DNA of 64,000 bases from Bacteriovoracia bacterium (GCA_050246755.1 JBFWVL010000004.1:96001-160000), one strand, 5' to 3'. Positions 37,846 through 48,626 are shown, counted from the first letter of the stretch. The notes: generated from the letters alone by a model not told the origin. A program made the numbers and translations.

Positions 37846-39468
37846 TTACATTCCCTTCTTCACGAGGTTCGTGGTGAGGCTGAACTTCCGGCGGGTGCCT
37901 TTAGTCTCGAGGGCGCTGGCCTTGGGACTCTGGAAATGAGGAAAGGCGGTGAGGGCGGCGATCGCTTTTTCGGCGTCTTGCTGCGTGGGCGAATCCACGT
38001 TCAGGGTGAGCTTGCTGGTGAGGAGATCAAACTGGTCGATTTCCATCGTGGTGGATTTCGGGATCACCTTGCTCAGTTCCTGAATGAGCTCGAGACTGGA
38101 AGAAGCGGAGCCTCCGCCTTTGCCCTGGGCCTGGAATTCCTCGATTTTTTTCGTGATGGTCTGGTGCATCTTGGTGGGGCTGGCCCGCAGGGTGGAGACG
38201 TAGCTGGCGGATACGCGGCCGAGCACCGATTGCAGGGCGCGCGAAAGGATTGCGTCCTTTTTTTCGATTTCCTGATTCAGAAAAAACATCTGCCCGATCA
38301 CGCTGAGCATCGCCACCACGTAAAGGGTAAGGGCAAGCTTGGCGGGATACACGAATTGGCTGATATTGAGATTCAGTGCGCGCCCGGCGATATGCAGCTT
38401 GCCGCTGCGGAAATTCACGGTGCTTTTTCCCTCGCCCCCGGCCTGGGAAAGGCCGATCGCGCAGGCCATCGGCAGCAGCCACTCGAGGCCGCGCTGCGGC
38501 TGGATCGAAAGGCTAGGAAAAAGCTGGCGCACCTGCAGGGGAGCTACGCGCTTTTGCCAGCGCGCCGCGAGAAATTCCATCATGCCCGGAATAAGGGCCG
38601 TGCCGCCGCAAATATAGATGGAGTCGATCGGCTCCTGGTAGCGGGAACTGAAAGCCATCAGGCTTTGCTGGAAATCGGAAAATACCGGTTCGAGGGCGAG
38701 GCGAATCGTGCTGGAGAAAACTTCCTGATCGTTCGTGAGCTTCATGCCGGGCACGGCGAGAAACCCACGCTCGATCTTGGCGAGCTCGGCTTCGGCGATG
38801 CCGATCGAATATTTTTGGGCGATCGCTTCAGTCACTTGGTAGCCGCCCACCATGGTATTGCGGTGGAGCACCGGCAGCCCGTCGCGGAGAAAAAACATCG
38901 CGCTTTTGCGGTGCCCGAGGTTGAGCACGGCCACATTTTTTTGTTTCTCGGCTTTGGCGCGCTGGAAGAGCGAAGCGAGCGCCGCGTCTTCCATCATCAG
39001 CGTTTGCGGCGAGAGGTGAATGCCGCTGAGCGTGTCCACGAACCGGGCGAGCGAAGCGATCGGCGCAAAACCCGTGAGCACATGGGTTTCTTTTCCTTTA
39101 CCGGGATAGAACTGGCTCGAAACGATGCATTGCTCGAGGTCGAATGGAATTTCGTCTTCGATGGCGAGCTTCACCGCGCTCTGCACTTTACGCTTATCTT
39201 TGATGGGAAACGTGATGAAGCGGGAGCTATAAAGCGAAAAAGGAAGGTTGGTAACCACGCGCTCCACGCCGCCGGCATAGCGGTTCGCCGTTTCGGCGAG
39301 GGTGGCGATTTGGCCGGGGCTCAGGGACTGTTCGCCGGGGAGGATGGGGTCCCAGGCATCGGGCACCGAAGTGATATCGTGAAGCACAACATCGAACCGT
39401 TTAAATTTGGCTTCGACGATGACCGTCTTGATATTGGCTGTGCCGATGTCGATTGCGAGGATTTTCAT
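37846..39468 (-). CDS. gspL: T2SS protein L (PilM-like actin fold, TM, PilN-like domain)
   Basis: IDIGTANIK, LNLGH, ICGGTA motifs; operon position. Confidence 0.8.
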   Translation of the reverse strand: MKILAIDIGTANIKTVIVEAKFKRFDVVLHDITSVPDAWDPILPGEQSLSPGQIATLAETANRYAGGVERVVTNLPFSLYSSRFITFPIKDKRKVQSAVKLAIEDEIPFDLEQCIVSSQFYPGKGKETHVLTGFAPIASLARFVDTLSGIHLSPQTLMMEDAALASLFQRAKAEKQKNVAVLNLGHRKSAMFFLRDGLPVLHRNTMVGGYQVTEAIAQKYSIGIAEAELAKIERGFLAVPGMKLTNDQEVFSSTIRLALEPVFSDFQQSLMAFSSRYQEPIDSIYICGGTALIPGMMEFLAARWQKRVAPLQVRQLFPSLSIQPQRGLEWLLPMACAIGLSQAGGEGKSTVNFRSGKLHIAGRALNLNISQFVYPAKLALTLYVVAMLSVIGQMFFLNQEIEKKDAILSRALQSVLGRVSASYVSTLRASPTKMHQTITKKIEEFQAQGKGGGSASSSLELIQELSKVIPKSTTMEIDQFDLLTSKLTLNVDSPTQQDAEKAIAALTAFPHFQSPKASALETKGTRRKFSLTTNLVKKGM

Positions 39469-39469
39469 C

Positions 39470-40816
39470 TTAATCTGCCTTCAAGTATATAATGCGCAGG
39501 GAATCACTGCTATTTTTTGCTTCGGGCTTTTCTCCTTCGGCCGCAGTTTTTTGGGCGGGATCCGGCGCCTGCGTGAACGTGGCTTGTTGATTCTGTTGCT
39601 GGGCCTCTAGCTTGTCGGCCGCGGAAAGGGGAGCCATCACGCCCACGCTCGCCAGCCAAGTTTTGTGGGAAACGCCGCTTTCCCCCGTGACAACTACACG
39701 GTAGGAGGTTTCCTTGCCGAGGATTTGGATTCCGCTCTCGGCGATGCGTTTCTTAGCGTCGTCGAAGTTATTGAAGGTGTTTAGGTAGGTCCAGAACTCG
39801 TCGGCGCTCTTAAAATTCCCGCCCTCGGTGGTATCGTCGCGGCGTTTGAGTAAGCGCTCGAGATTATCGTTGGTGAGCTCGGGAATGAGGGCCTGAATTA
39901 CGGTGCCGGAGGCTTTGTTCACGTTGAGGGTACTGGTGGGCTGCGTGGTGAACACCTGCCCCACGATATTGGCGAGGATATCGTCGAAGCCCTTCACCAT
40001 GCTGAGCTCGGATTCCGAAATGAGCGGGGCGTCTTTTAGCGAGTAAGGAGTGGGGCTGGCCTCGGAATAGTAGTCGGACTTATTGCGGTTATCGGCATCG
40101 GTTTTGGTGGCGGGATCCATGAAGGCCACGAGGTTGAGCAATAGATTGTCCGCTTTGATATTCGGGTATTTATTCCGGAAGTTCTCGTCGTCTTGGCGCT
40201 TTTTCTCGAAAACCTGATCCAAAACTTCAGCGTAGTTTTTGCGGATTTTATCGCGGGCCGCCTTTACGGCTTCGGGATCTTCGGGCTGATTTTGGCCGGG
40301 TTGAGTCTTTGCTAAAACGCCTCCGTATTTTGAGTCCGCCTGCCCGCCCTGAGGATTCGTGGGGCTCGCCGCGGTGCGGATCAGCTGGTTCAAATCCAAG
40401 CGATCGCCCTCTCCCTGAATACTCACGGTAAGGGTGCCCTCGAGCGCGAGCGATTTATTGAATGCAGCGAGGGATTGGGTATCGACGGGAGTTAAGCCGG
40501 GCAGGGCGGGCGGGGGCAAGATCAGCGGTGTTTGCCAAATTTGGTCGGCGAGGCTTTCGTCGCCGAGGCCGAGATTCTTGATCTGGCCCCTGGCCTTTTC
40601 GGTGGCGCGCAGCTGGAGGAGGCCGAGCCGGAGGGCCGAACGTACGAGCAGGCGCGCGCGCAGCTGATCGCGGGCGCGAAACACAATGCCCGTGTAGACC
40701 TGATTTTGGTACACGAGCTCGGCGGCGAGAATGCTGAGGATCAGCATCGTCACGAGCGTCATCATCATCGCGATGCCGCCTTCCCCCAATTTTTTACTAG
40801 GCTTCTTCATGCTCAT
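39470..40816 (-). CDS. gspK: T2SS minor pseudopilin K
   Basis: G/IAMMM prepilin start, LDLN, ELSMVKGF, LNVN motifs. Confidence 0.88.
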   Translation of the reverse strand: MSMKKPSKKLGEGGIAMMMTLVTMLILSILAAELVYQNQVYTGIVFRARDQLRARLLVRSALRLGLLQLRATEKARGQIKNLGLGDESLADQIWQTPLILPPPALPGLTPVDTQSLAAFNKSLALEGTLTVSIQGEGDRLDLNQLIRTAASPTNPQGGQADSKYGGVLAKTQPGQNQPEDPEAVKAARDKIRKNYAEVLDQVFEKKRQDDENFRNKYPNIKADNLLLNLVAFMDPATKTDADNRNKSDYYSEASPTPYSLKDAPLISESELSMVKGFDDILANIVGQVFTTQPTSTLNVNKASGTVIQALIPELTNDNLERLLKRRDDTTEGGNFKSADEFWTYLNTFNNFDDAKKRIAESGIQILGKETSYRVVVTGESGVSHKTWLASVGVMAPLSAADKLEAQQQNQQATFTQAPDPAQKTAAEGEKPEAKNSSDSLRIIYLKAD

Positions 40817-41583
40817 TTTAGGAATTGCTGCTTCAGCTTTTCTTTGTCCTCCGCGCTGAGAATATTGAGGGTCTGGTTGGGCCGGATGATCGCTTCCCAC
40901 GGCAGCTGCTTGGCGGGATTTAGCGGATCGGGAACTTCGATCTTCAGCGAGATCAGTTCCGGAAAACGATTGTTCGGTTTGGCGAACTGGCCTTCGGAGT
41001 CCCAGGTTTCGTCCCAGGTTTTATTTTCTTTCCGGAAATAGGTGAACTTGGCGCTCGCGAGATTATCGAGCAGGGCCACGCGATTGGGTTTTCGGGCGGT
41101 GCCATCTTCGTAGTGGTAAACGTCCCAGTCGGTGGAACGGTAGAGACTATAGGTTCCGCCCGGGTTACTCTCGATCTCCCAGGTTACTTTCATGAAATCT
41201 GATTCCGGCGCGTCGGCTTCCACGCGGCGATGGCTGTTGGTGACGAACGTAACCTTTTCTTTATCGCCTTTAAACCGCGCGCGACGAAGCCCATCGGAAC
41301 GGACGGGAGCGGTCCAGAAATTTATGGGTGGAGCATCGGCCTTTCCGGGCAGGGTTTCGGCCATCGGAGTAAATATCTGGCTGAAGTCGCTTTCCACGGC
41401 CTGCAGGCTGAGGGCGAGCGAGGAATAGTCGTTGGCCTCGGAGCCGAGGCGGAAGTTCAGGTCGAAGCTGCGCGTGGTGGCCTGGTAGATGGCAATGCTA
41501 ATGAAGGACAGCAGCGCCATCGCGATCAATACTTCCAGCAATGTGAGACCGGCTTCAGAGCCCGGTCGAGAATTCGGCGTCAT
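40813..41583 (-). CDS. gspJ: T2SS minor pseudopilin J
   Basis: G/LTLLEVLIA N-methylation motif; operon position. Confidence 0.85.
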   Translation of the reverse strand: MTPNSRPGSEAGLTLLEVLIAMALLSFISIAIYQATTRSFDLNFRLGSEANDYSSLALSLQAVESDFSQIFTPMAETLPGKADAPPINFWTAPVRSDGLRRARFKGDKEKVTFVTNSHRRVEADAPESDFMKVTWEIESNPGGTYSLYRSTDWDVYHYEDGTARKPNRVALLDNLASAKFTYFRKENKTWDETWDSEGQFAKPNNRFPELISLKIEVPDPLNPAKQLPWEAIIRPNQTLNILSAEDKEKLKQQFLK

Positions 41584-42061
41584 AATTTACCAAGAGCTCC
41601 GAAAAGGTTTGGGAACTGGTTCCGTTTCCGTCGGGCCATTCCACGGTGAGGGTCACGCGGCGCACGCTTTTTTTCAGGTAATCGAGGAAGAGCTTTACCA
41701 CCTGCGCGGTGGTGGCGTCGGCGGTGCCATCTTTTTCATTTTTCTTGGCCATCATCTCTGCCAGGGTATCGAATTCCACCTCTTCGTATTTGGCCGTCCA
41801 TTTGAATTGCTGGTTGGGCTCCGGGAAGGTGCCGCTTTCCTCTTTGGGCAGCTGCTCGAAGGAAACCCCCTCGTACTTCACCTCGTTCTCGTTGATGATA
41901 TTCCGCGCGAGGTTGGTGGCGATCAAAATATTTTTCGAGCGTACGCTGGAGGAAAGGCTGGTGCCCTGGGTGATGAATACGGCCGAGAGGATCACCGTGA
42001 GCAGCGCGAACGCGATCATGAACTCGAGCAGGGTGAAACCGCTTTGCTGGTTGCGCATCAC
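41555..42061 (-). CDS. gspI: T2SS minor pseudopilin I
   Basis: G/FTLLEF motif; operon position. Confidence 0.82.
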   Translation of the reverse strand: MMRNQQSGFTLLEFMIAFALLTVILSAVFITQGTSLSSSVRSKNILIATNLARNIINENEVKYEGVSFEQLPKEESGTFPEPNQQFKWTAKYEEVEFDTLAEMMAKKNEKDGTADATTAQVVKLFLDYLKKSVRRVTLTVEWPDGNGTSSQTFSELLVNYDAEFSTGL

Positions 42062-42639
42062 TGGCTTACTCCTTCCGTGGCGATCTTGCTCTGTCCGGTA
42101 ACCGGATGCAACGTGATCACTTGGCCGGTTTTCTCCTCGCTCACAAAATGGATGCTAACCCCATCGGCGCTGCCGTTGCTGAAGAAATAAACGTCCGTGA
42201 GGCCTTCCTTGATCGGGTCCTTCTGGCGAGGAGAGACGATCTCGGTGATCCGGATGCCTTTGGGGACCTGGCGTTTTTCTTTGGTGAGCTCTTTTATCAA
42301 ACGAAAAGTATCTCCCTCGGCCTTCGCCTTCTCTTCGTCGGATTTACGGTCAGAGAGGCGCTCCGAAACCTTTGGCAGCATATAATTGGCGTTCGCTTCT
42401 TCCAGCCAGAGCTCCTGCTTGTCGAGGTCCACACGCAAACGAATCAGCTTATTGGTGAGCAAAGCCCGGTCGCGGGCCTCGCGCAGGAGCAAAGCCGTTT
42501 GCCGGGCAAAGCCGTCGGCCGAAGTGCGGAAAACGTTATTGAGGGTGGGAATAAACACGGACGTAACCAGGGCCACAAGGCCCATCACGATGAGAATCTC
42601 GATTAGGGTAAAACCCGCACTGCGATTTTTCGCCTTCAT
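42058..42639 (-). CDS. gspH: T2SS minor pseudopilin H
   Basis: G/FTLIEIL; FFSNG motif. Confidence 0.85.
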   Translation of the reverse strand: MKAKNRSAGFTLIEILIVMGLVALVTSVFIPTLNNVFRTSADGFARQTALLLREARDRALLTNKLIRLRVDLDKQELWLEEANANYMLPKVSERLSDRKSDEEKAKAEGDTFRLIKELTKEKRQVPKGIRITEIVSPRQKDPIKEGLTDVYFFSNGSADGVSIHFVSEEKTGQVITLHPVTGQSKIATEGVSQ

Positions 42640-42664
42640 AGAAAAGCTCTCGTGGCGCCGGGCC

Positions 42665-42698
42665 AAAAAGCTAGGTGCACCACGGGGCACACCTAGCT
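42665..42698 (-). terminator. Intra-operon hairpin with U-tract after gspG
   Basis: AGCTAGGTG...CACCTAGCT followed by TTTT on the minus strand. Confidence 0.65.
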
Positions 42699-42704
42699 GG
42701 ACCA

Positions 42705-43151
42705 TTAAATCTCGTTGCTCTTAATGTCTTTGTCGAAGCCTTCGCCGTTTTCTTTGCCGTCGTTTCCGTAGCTGGTGATCGTGAAGTTTTTACCGTCAGA
42801 CTCATAGATATAGGGATGGTTCCAGGGATCGTTCGGGATTTTGGAGCCCGAGCCGAGGAAACCGGAAGCGGGGTAGTTAGGGCAGTCGGGAGCGGTGGTA
42901 GGTTTCGCCACCAGGGCCTCGAGGCCTTGCTCGGTGGTGGGATACTGCGAGCAATAACGGCGGTAGTCTTCGAGCAATTGCTTGAAGCCGCTGATCTGGA
43001 TCGTGGTGGCCTTGATATTTCCTTCGGTCATACGATCGAAGAGTTTATTCATCACGAAGGTACCCGCGATGGCGATCAAGCTCATTACGATCAAAATCTC
43101 GATAAGCGAAAATCCGCGCTGGTTCTGTAGTAGTACTCTTTCTTTCTGCAT
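42705..43151 (-). CDS. gspG: T2SS major pseudopilin G
   Basis: G/FSLIEIL, YPTTEQGLEAL, DPWNHPYIY, SYGNDG. Confidence 0.95.
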   Translation of the reverse strand: MQKERVLLQNQRGFSLIEILIVMSLIAIAGTFVMNKLFDRMTEGNIKATTIQISGFKQLLEDYRRYCSQYPTTEQGLEALVAKPTTAPDCPNYPASGFLGSGSKIPNDPWNHPYIYESDGKNFTITSYGNDGKENGEGFDKDIKSNEI

Positions 43152-43161
43152 CTCTGTCTCC

Positions 43162-44388
43162 TTAATGATTGATTTCCTGTAACTGCAATAGGGGTACGAA
43201 AACGGCCATCACGATCACGCCCACGCTCAGGCCCATTGCCACGATCATGAGCGGCTCGATCAGGGTGGTCATCGTCTCCACCTTGGTATTTACCTGCTCT
43301 TCGTATTGGCCGGCTACCATCTCGAGCATCGGGGGTAACTCCCCCGTGCGCTCGCCGATCGCGATCATGTGGATGAGGAGCGGCGGAAACTCTCCGCTGC
43401 GCTTGAGCGGTTCCGAAAATCCCTGGCCCTCGGTGATATTTTCTTTGGCGGTCTGGATGGCTCGGGCCAGGATTTCGTTGTCCACCACGGACTTCACGAT
43501 GCCGAGCGCGGTTACCAGTGGCACGCCCCCGTTGAGCAGGGTGGCCATCGTGGACGCGAAGCGGCTCACCGCGATCATGCGCACCACTTCTCCGATGAGC
43601 GGGAGGCTGAGGAGCATGCGGTCTTTTTTTACTTTTCCGGAAGGGGTGGAATAATATTTCCTTACCAGGAACACGAGCACGAATATCCCGATTCCGATGG
43701 CCCACCAGTAGTTTTTCAGGAAAAAAGAAAAGTCCATTAGCGCCTGGGTATACCAGGGCATCTTTTTATTCATCGACGTGAAGATATTGGCGATCTTCGG
43801 GATCACGAAGGTAAAGATCACCAGCATGAGTGCCCCGCCGATGCCGGCCATGAGCAGCGGGTAGGTCATGGCGGAGGTGATGGTTTGGCGGAGCCGCACC
43901 TGGGCTTCCATGAAATCGGCGAGACGACGCAGCACGAGGGGCAGGGTACCGGAAGCTTCTCCGGATTCCACCATGTTGATGAAAATCGGGGTGAATACCT
44001 TCGGGTGCCGGGAGAGTGCTTCCCGGAGCGAGATACCCTCGTTCACTTGCTGGCGCACGTCGGCGAGCGTGCTCTTCAGCTTAATATTCTCGGTTTGGTC
44101 CATCAGCGCGCCGAGGGCTTCCACGAGGGGAATATTCGCTTTGATCAGCGAGGCGAATTGGCGCGTGGTGAGCGCAAGGGTGCGCAGGCTTACCGACTGC
44201 GATCCCGAAAGGGTGGGGAAGAGGGCCGCGAACCCGCCCTTTTTGATATTGGATTTTTCCTCTACCGAAAGCAGAACCACGCCGGACTTTTTGATTTTCT
44301 GCTTGGCCGTTTTCATGGAATCCGCTTCCACCGACGAGCGGAGGGCGGTTCCATATTTATCGGTGCCAGTGTATTCAAAAATCGGCAT
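43162..44388 (-). CDS. gspF: T2SS inner membrane platform protein F
   Basis: GEASGTL, AMTYP, GERTGEL, IEP motifs. Confidence 0.95.
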   Translation of the reverse strand: MPIFEYTGTDKYGTALRSSVEADSMKTAKQKIKKSGVVLLSVEEKSNIKKGGFAALFPTLSGSQSVSLRTLALTTRQFASLIKANIPLVEALGALMDQTENIKLKSTLADVRQQVNEGISLREALSRHPKVFTPIFINMVESGEASGTLPLVLRRLADFMEAQVRLRQTITSAMTYPLLMAGIGGALMLVIFTFVIPKIANIFTSMNKKMPWYTQALMDFSFFLKNYWWAIGIGIFVLVFLVRKYYSTPSGKVKKDRMLLSLPLIGEVVRMIAVSRFASTMATLLNGGVPLVTALGIVKSVVDNEILARAIQTAKENITEGQGFSEPLKRSGEFPPLLIHMIAIGERTGELPPMLEMVAGQYEEQVNTKVETMTTLIEPLMIVAMGLSVGVIVMAVFVPLLQLQEINH

Positions 44389-44395
44389 CTATTCC

Positions 44396-46105
44396 TTAAT
44401 CGTTCGAATGCAGAGTGCGGGTAAGTTCCTGCACCGTGGTTATTCCCGACAATACTTTCCGCGCGCCGTCTTCACGCATCGTGAGCATGCCCTTGTCGAT
44501 AGCCGCCTTGCGGATCGTGGCCGAATCGGCGTTCTTCATCACCAGGGTGCGGATCGTATCGTCCATCAGCAATAATTCGTGCACGTTGATCCGGCCGGTA
44601 TAACCGGTTTGGGAGCAGGAAACGCAACCCACCGCTTTGTAGAGCGTGATCGGGCCTTGCACGTTACGCACGCCCAATTCTTGTAACTCAAGTTGCGTGG
44701 CTTCGTAGCTTTCGCGGCATTTTGTGCAAACGCGGCGCATGAGCCTCTGGGCCATCACGGCATTCACCGAGCTCGCCACGAGGAAGGGCTCCACGCCCAT
44801 ATCGATCAAGCGGGGGAAAGCGCCGGCGGCTTCATTGGTGTGCAGAGAGGAGAGAACCAAGTGACCCGTGAGGGCCGCGGTTACGGCGAGATCGGCCGTT
44901 TCCGTATCGCGGATCTCCCCCACCATGATCACGTCGGGATCTTGACGCAGGAAAGAACGAAGCGCCCGCGCGAACGTGAGATCGATCTTCGCGTTTACCT
45001 GCACCTGGCCCACGCCGTTGAGCTGGTACTCGATCGGATCTTCCACGGTAAGAATATTGATGTCGGCGGTATTGATCCGCGATAAACAAGCCGCCATCGT
45101 GGTGGACTTACCGCTACCCGTGGGTCCGGTAATAAGAATAATTCCGTTTTCGCGCGACACGAGCTTATTCACCGCTTCGAGCGTTTCCCCTTCGAAGCCG
45201 AGACGCTCGAGCGTGAGCAGTTCCCCGCCTTTTTCGAGGATACGCATCACGATGCGCTCGCCGAACTGCGTGGGAATAGTGGAAAGACGGATATCGATTT
45301 CTTTTCCGGCCACTTTCCGGAAGATACGACCATCCTGCGGGATCCGTTTTTCGGCGATATCGAGGTTGCCCATTACTTTCACGCGGGAAGAAACTGCGGC
45401 GTGCACTTTCTTGGGCTGGTGCAAAATATCGTGCATGATCCCGTCCACGCGGAAGCGAATCACGGTTTCTTTGTCGTAAGGCTCCACGTGAATATCGGAA
45501 GCCTTCTCTTTCACCGCGCGGAAGATCACGGAGTTCACGAACCGGATCACGGGCGCCTCGTCTTCGGTGGCATCGAGAATATCGATCGGGCCCTCGAGGT
45601 CGTAGTCTTCCTCGTCTTCCTTGTTGATGTCCTGGATCATGTTCGAGGTATTGCGCTCGTACACGCGGTTGATCGCATCCTGGAGGCGGGAAGAAGTGCT
45701 CACCACGGTACGAATATTCGGGCAGTCGAAGAGCACGCGCAGGTCTTCGAGGCTTTCGAGGTTGAATGGATCGCTCATCACCACGGTGAGCACGCCATCC
45801 TTCAGCTCGATCGGCAGCACCTCCCGCGAGCGCGCGTAGTTGATCGGCAAGCGGTCCACGAGCCGGGGATCGATATCGTTGGGCTTGATATCTTCGAGGT
45901 AGGGGAGATCGATCTGCGCGCAGAGGGCGCGCATGATCTCGTGGTTCATCACGTATTTTTTTCGCAGCAGGATATCGCCGAGGCGCCCGCCTTCCTCTTC
46001 CTGAATTTGCACGCACTCGTCCAGCTGTCCCTTGGTGAGGGACGTGTACTTCAGCAATAAATCGCCGAGGCGCTTGGGCGTGCCGTCGAGGAGAGTGGGC
46101 GACAT
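44396..46105 (-). CDS. gspE: T2SS ATPase E
   Basis: ASDIH, PQDGR, GPTGSGKST, LRQDPDVIMVGEIRD, CxxC pairs. Confidence 0.96.
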   Translation of the reverse strand: MSPTLLDGTPKRLGDLLLKYTSLTKGQLDECVQIQEEEGGRLGDILLRKKYVMNHEIMRALCAQIDLPYLEDIKPNDIDPRLVDRLPINYARSREVLPIELKDGVLTVVMSDPFNLESLEDLRVLFDCPNIRTVVSTSSRLQDAINRVYERNTSNMIQDINKEDEEDYDLEGPIDILDATEDEAPVIRFVNSVIFRAVKEKASDIHVEPYDKETVIRFRVDGIMHDILHQPKKVHAAVSSRVKVMGNLDIAEKRIPQDGRIFRKVAGKEIDIRLSTIPTQFGERIVMRILEKGGELLTLERLGFEGETLEAVNKLVSRENGIILITGPTGSGKSTTMAACLSRINTADINILTVEDPIEYQLNGVGQVQVNAKIDLTFARALRSFLRQDPDVIMVGEIRDTETADLAVTAALTGHLVLSSLHTNEAAGAFPRLIDMGVEPFLVASSVNAVMAQRLMRRVCTKCRESYEATQLELQELGVRNVQGPITLYKAVGCVSCSQTGYTGRINVHELLLMDDTIRTLVMKNADSATIRKAAIDKGMLTMREDGARKVLSGITTVQELTRTLHSND

Positions 46106-48618
46106 TATAGCTGTCCACCTTCCTGGGGAATAACCGCGGGAGCAGCGCCGCCGTTATCATACTGCGGAGGCTCACCGATATTGGGCTGGGGAGCTTCCAT
46201 CGGGGGCAGCGGGATCTGACCGCCGTCCGGTGGGTAATAGAACGCGTTCGGATCGTAGTTCTGGTCGTCGTCGTCGCGGTCCGGGCCGGAAGGCGTATTG
46301 ATGGAGGTGCTTTCCACGGCTCTAGCTTGGGGCAGGGGCTCGATCACGGTGAGCTCGGGCAAGCCTTGCTTCATTTTGTCGAAGCGCTTGAAGAACGGAT
46401 CTCTAGAGCCCATATTTTCGCGCACGAAATCGTCATGATCGTCGATACGGCGGTTCAGTACTTTGCGGATCTGATCGTACTGCTTAATGATCCGCGGGGT
46501 GATGAATACCATGAGATTCGTTTTTAAAACCTCAGCCTTCGAATTCTTGAAAAGCCATCCGAGAACCGGAATATCGCCGAGGAGCGGAATCTTGCTAATA
46601 ACTTCGGTGGACTTATCGCGAATCATCCCGGAGAGAACCACTGTATCTTCACTCTGCACGAAAACCTTCGTATTGGTGGCACGAGTATTTTTTCCCACGC
46701 TTTTCCCTTGAATTGCGGTGGGAACGTTGGTGGGGTCGAAGTTTTCCATCTTTTGGTTAATATCGAGCTTCACGAAGTTCGATCCTTTATTAATCTGCGG
46801 GGTAACCTCTAAAAGCAGCTCTGCATTTACGTTTTCAAAGGATGTCGTGGTCACATTGTTGATGGTGGTAGCCTTTTCTTGTGGAGACTGCTCCGAAACT
46901 TGGAAGACGGCCTTTTCATTATCCATGGCAATGATCTGCGGGGTGGCCACTACGTTTGCATCGCCATTAGCCTGGAAAAGCTCAATCAAGCCATTGAGGC
47001 TATTGAATTTCGTGTCTACTCGGTTAGCCCCCGTTCCGATCGAAGGCCCTGGTTTTTCTGGGCCGTGCTTAAATCCAAGAACAAAACCACTAGTGATCGG
47101 GTTGCCCGCAAGCAATGAGGTAAGCGCGCCGCTCGCCGAGGGAAGGGCGATCCCGTTCGAGCCGGAAATAAAGGAGGTACCGTAGTTATGTCCGCGATTG
47201 AGCGTCATCTCCATAATGAGAGCTTCGATGAAGACCTGATCGCGGGGAACATCAAGAACCTCGATCACTTTCTTGAAGGCCGCGAAATCGGCGGGCGAGG
47301 CCTGCACGATCAAGGACTGCGTGGTTTTATCGGCGCTTACTTTCAGCTCGCCCGAAAATGCGCTCGAGTTCTGCTCGCCGAATACCGGGAAGGCCCGGTT
47401 TTGGTTCCGCTGGCCGGAGCCGGTGGTCACGGTGGAAAGGGTTTTCGCCAAAGTTTCCGCGTCGGCGAACTGCAGGCGGATCACATGGATGCGGCCCTGA
47501 TTCGTGGTAGCGGCGGCGCGTTGGTCGAGGCGGCGCACGAGGGCGCGGATTTCCTGGATGCCGGCGGCATTGGCCTTCACGATGAGCGCGTTGGTGCGGT
47601 CGTCGGCGATGATCTTGCTGATCGAAGATCCACCGGAGCGGCCACGGCTACTCGTGCGGGCGGCAGCCCCGTAGGTGGGTTGAGGACGGCCGGGGGCGCC
47701 GAACTGCGAGCCGGTGCCGCGGCCTTCATTGAGGATTTGCTCGATTAACTTGGCAATTTCTTTGGCCACGGCGTTCTTGATCGGCACCACCACGAGGGAT
47801 TCCTGGTAGCCGGCCACATCGAGTAGGTTCACGAGCTCCACCATGCGGTTAATGTGGCTGGAGGTATCGGTGATGATGATCGTATTGGTTTGGGCGTAGG
47901 CCTGCATCCGGGATTCGCGCGGGATCCAAAGGCGGAAGGCTTGCTCGAACTCGGTGGCGTCGATGTAGCGGAGGGGAACTACGCGGGTGATGAACTCGTC
48001 GTTGTTGGGCGCTTTTTTGTCGGTATAGATCGGAGTCTGTTTTTCCTTGGCGCTCGCGAGGCGTTCGATCCGCAGGTATTTGCCGGAAGGAACGAGGGCG
48101 AAGCTGCGCATGTTGAGGGCGGTGAGGAAGGCGTTCCAAGCATCACCCACGGTGATCGGAGTTTGTGAGACCACCGAGATACGGCCCTTGATGTCCTGGG
48201 GATTATAGATGAAGTTTCGGCCGGTGAGCTTCGAGATGGCTTTCGCTACGTCGAGGATCTCGGCATCGGGGTAATCGAAATTCTCCACGATCTCTTTGGA
48301 AGTGGCGGGAGGAAGGCGGTTATTGGCGGTATTGGCCGCTACGGTTCCGCCGCCGGAGGGTGCGCTGCCGCCGCCTACCGAGGAACGGGGAGGAAACGCA
48401 CTGGTGGAAGGACGGCTGGTGGGAGCATTGGTATGCGCGGGCGCGAAATCGTCGCCATCGCCATCCTCGAAATCGTCGCTATCGTCGAAGGGGTTGCTGA
48501 GGCCTTCGGAATTTCCGGGCAGGTTCGAAAAAGGATTCGGTGGCAAGGGTGGCGGATCTTCGGCGCGCGCGGTGCTCGCTAGAATCGTGAGGAGCAATAT
48601 TTTGCTAATGGTCTTCAT
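46105..48618 (-). CDS. gspD: T2SS secretin D
   Basis: N domains, LDVPRDQVFIEA, VTPQIN, KIPLLGDIPVLGWLFK, FITPRII. Confidence 0.95.
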   Translation of the reverse strand: MKTISKILLLTILASTARAEDPPPLPPNPFSNLPGNSEGLSNPFDDSDDFEDGDGDDFAPAHTNAPTSRPSTSAFPPRSSVGGGSAPSGGGTVAANTANNRLPPATSKEIVENFDYPDAEILDVAKAISKLTGRNFIYNPQDIKGRISVVSQTPITVGDAWNAFLTALNMRSFALVPSGKYLRIERLASAKEKQTPIYTDKKAPNNDEFITRVVPLRYIDATEFEQAFRLWIPRESRMQAYAQTNTIIITDTSSHINRMVELVNLLDVAGYQESLVVVPIKNAVAKEIAKLIEQILNEGRGTGSQFGAPGRPQPTYGAAARTSSRGRSGGSSISKIIADDRTNALIVKANAAGIQEIRALVRRLDQRAAATTNQGRIHVIRLQFADAETLAKTLSTVTTGSGQRNQNRAFPVFGEQNSSAFSGELKVSADKTTQSLIVQASPADFAAFKKVIEVLDVPRDQVFIEALIMEMTLNRGHNYGTSFISGSNGIALPSASGALTSLLAGNPITSGFVLGFKHGPEKPGPSIGTGANRVDTKFNSLNGLIELFQANGDANVVATPQIIAMDNEKAVFQVSEQSPQEKATTINNVTTTSFENVNAELLLEVTPQINKGSNFVKLDINQKMENFDPTNVPTAIQGKSVGKNTRATNTKVFVQSEDTVVLSGMIRDKSTEVISKIPLLGDIPVLGWLFKNSKAEVLKTNLMVFITPRIIKQYDQIRKVLNRRIDDHDDFVRENMGSRDPFFKRFDKMKQGLPELTVIEPLPQARAVESTSINTPSGPDRDDDDQNYDPNAFYYPPDGGQIPLPPMEAPQPNIGEPPQYDNGGAAPAVIPQEGGQL

Positions 48619-48626
48619 TCCGTCTC

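Noticed and set aside
37807-39492. 561-aa plus-strand ORF
   Set aside because: Antisense shadow of gspL.
45165-46175. 336-aa Arg-rich ORF overlapping gspE
   Set aside because: Alternative-frame artefact.
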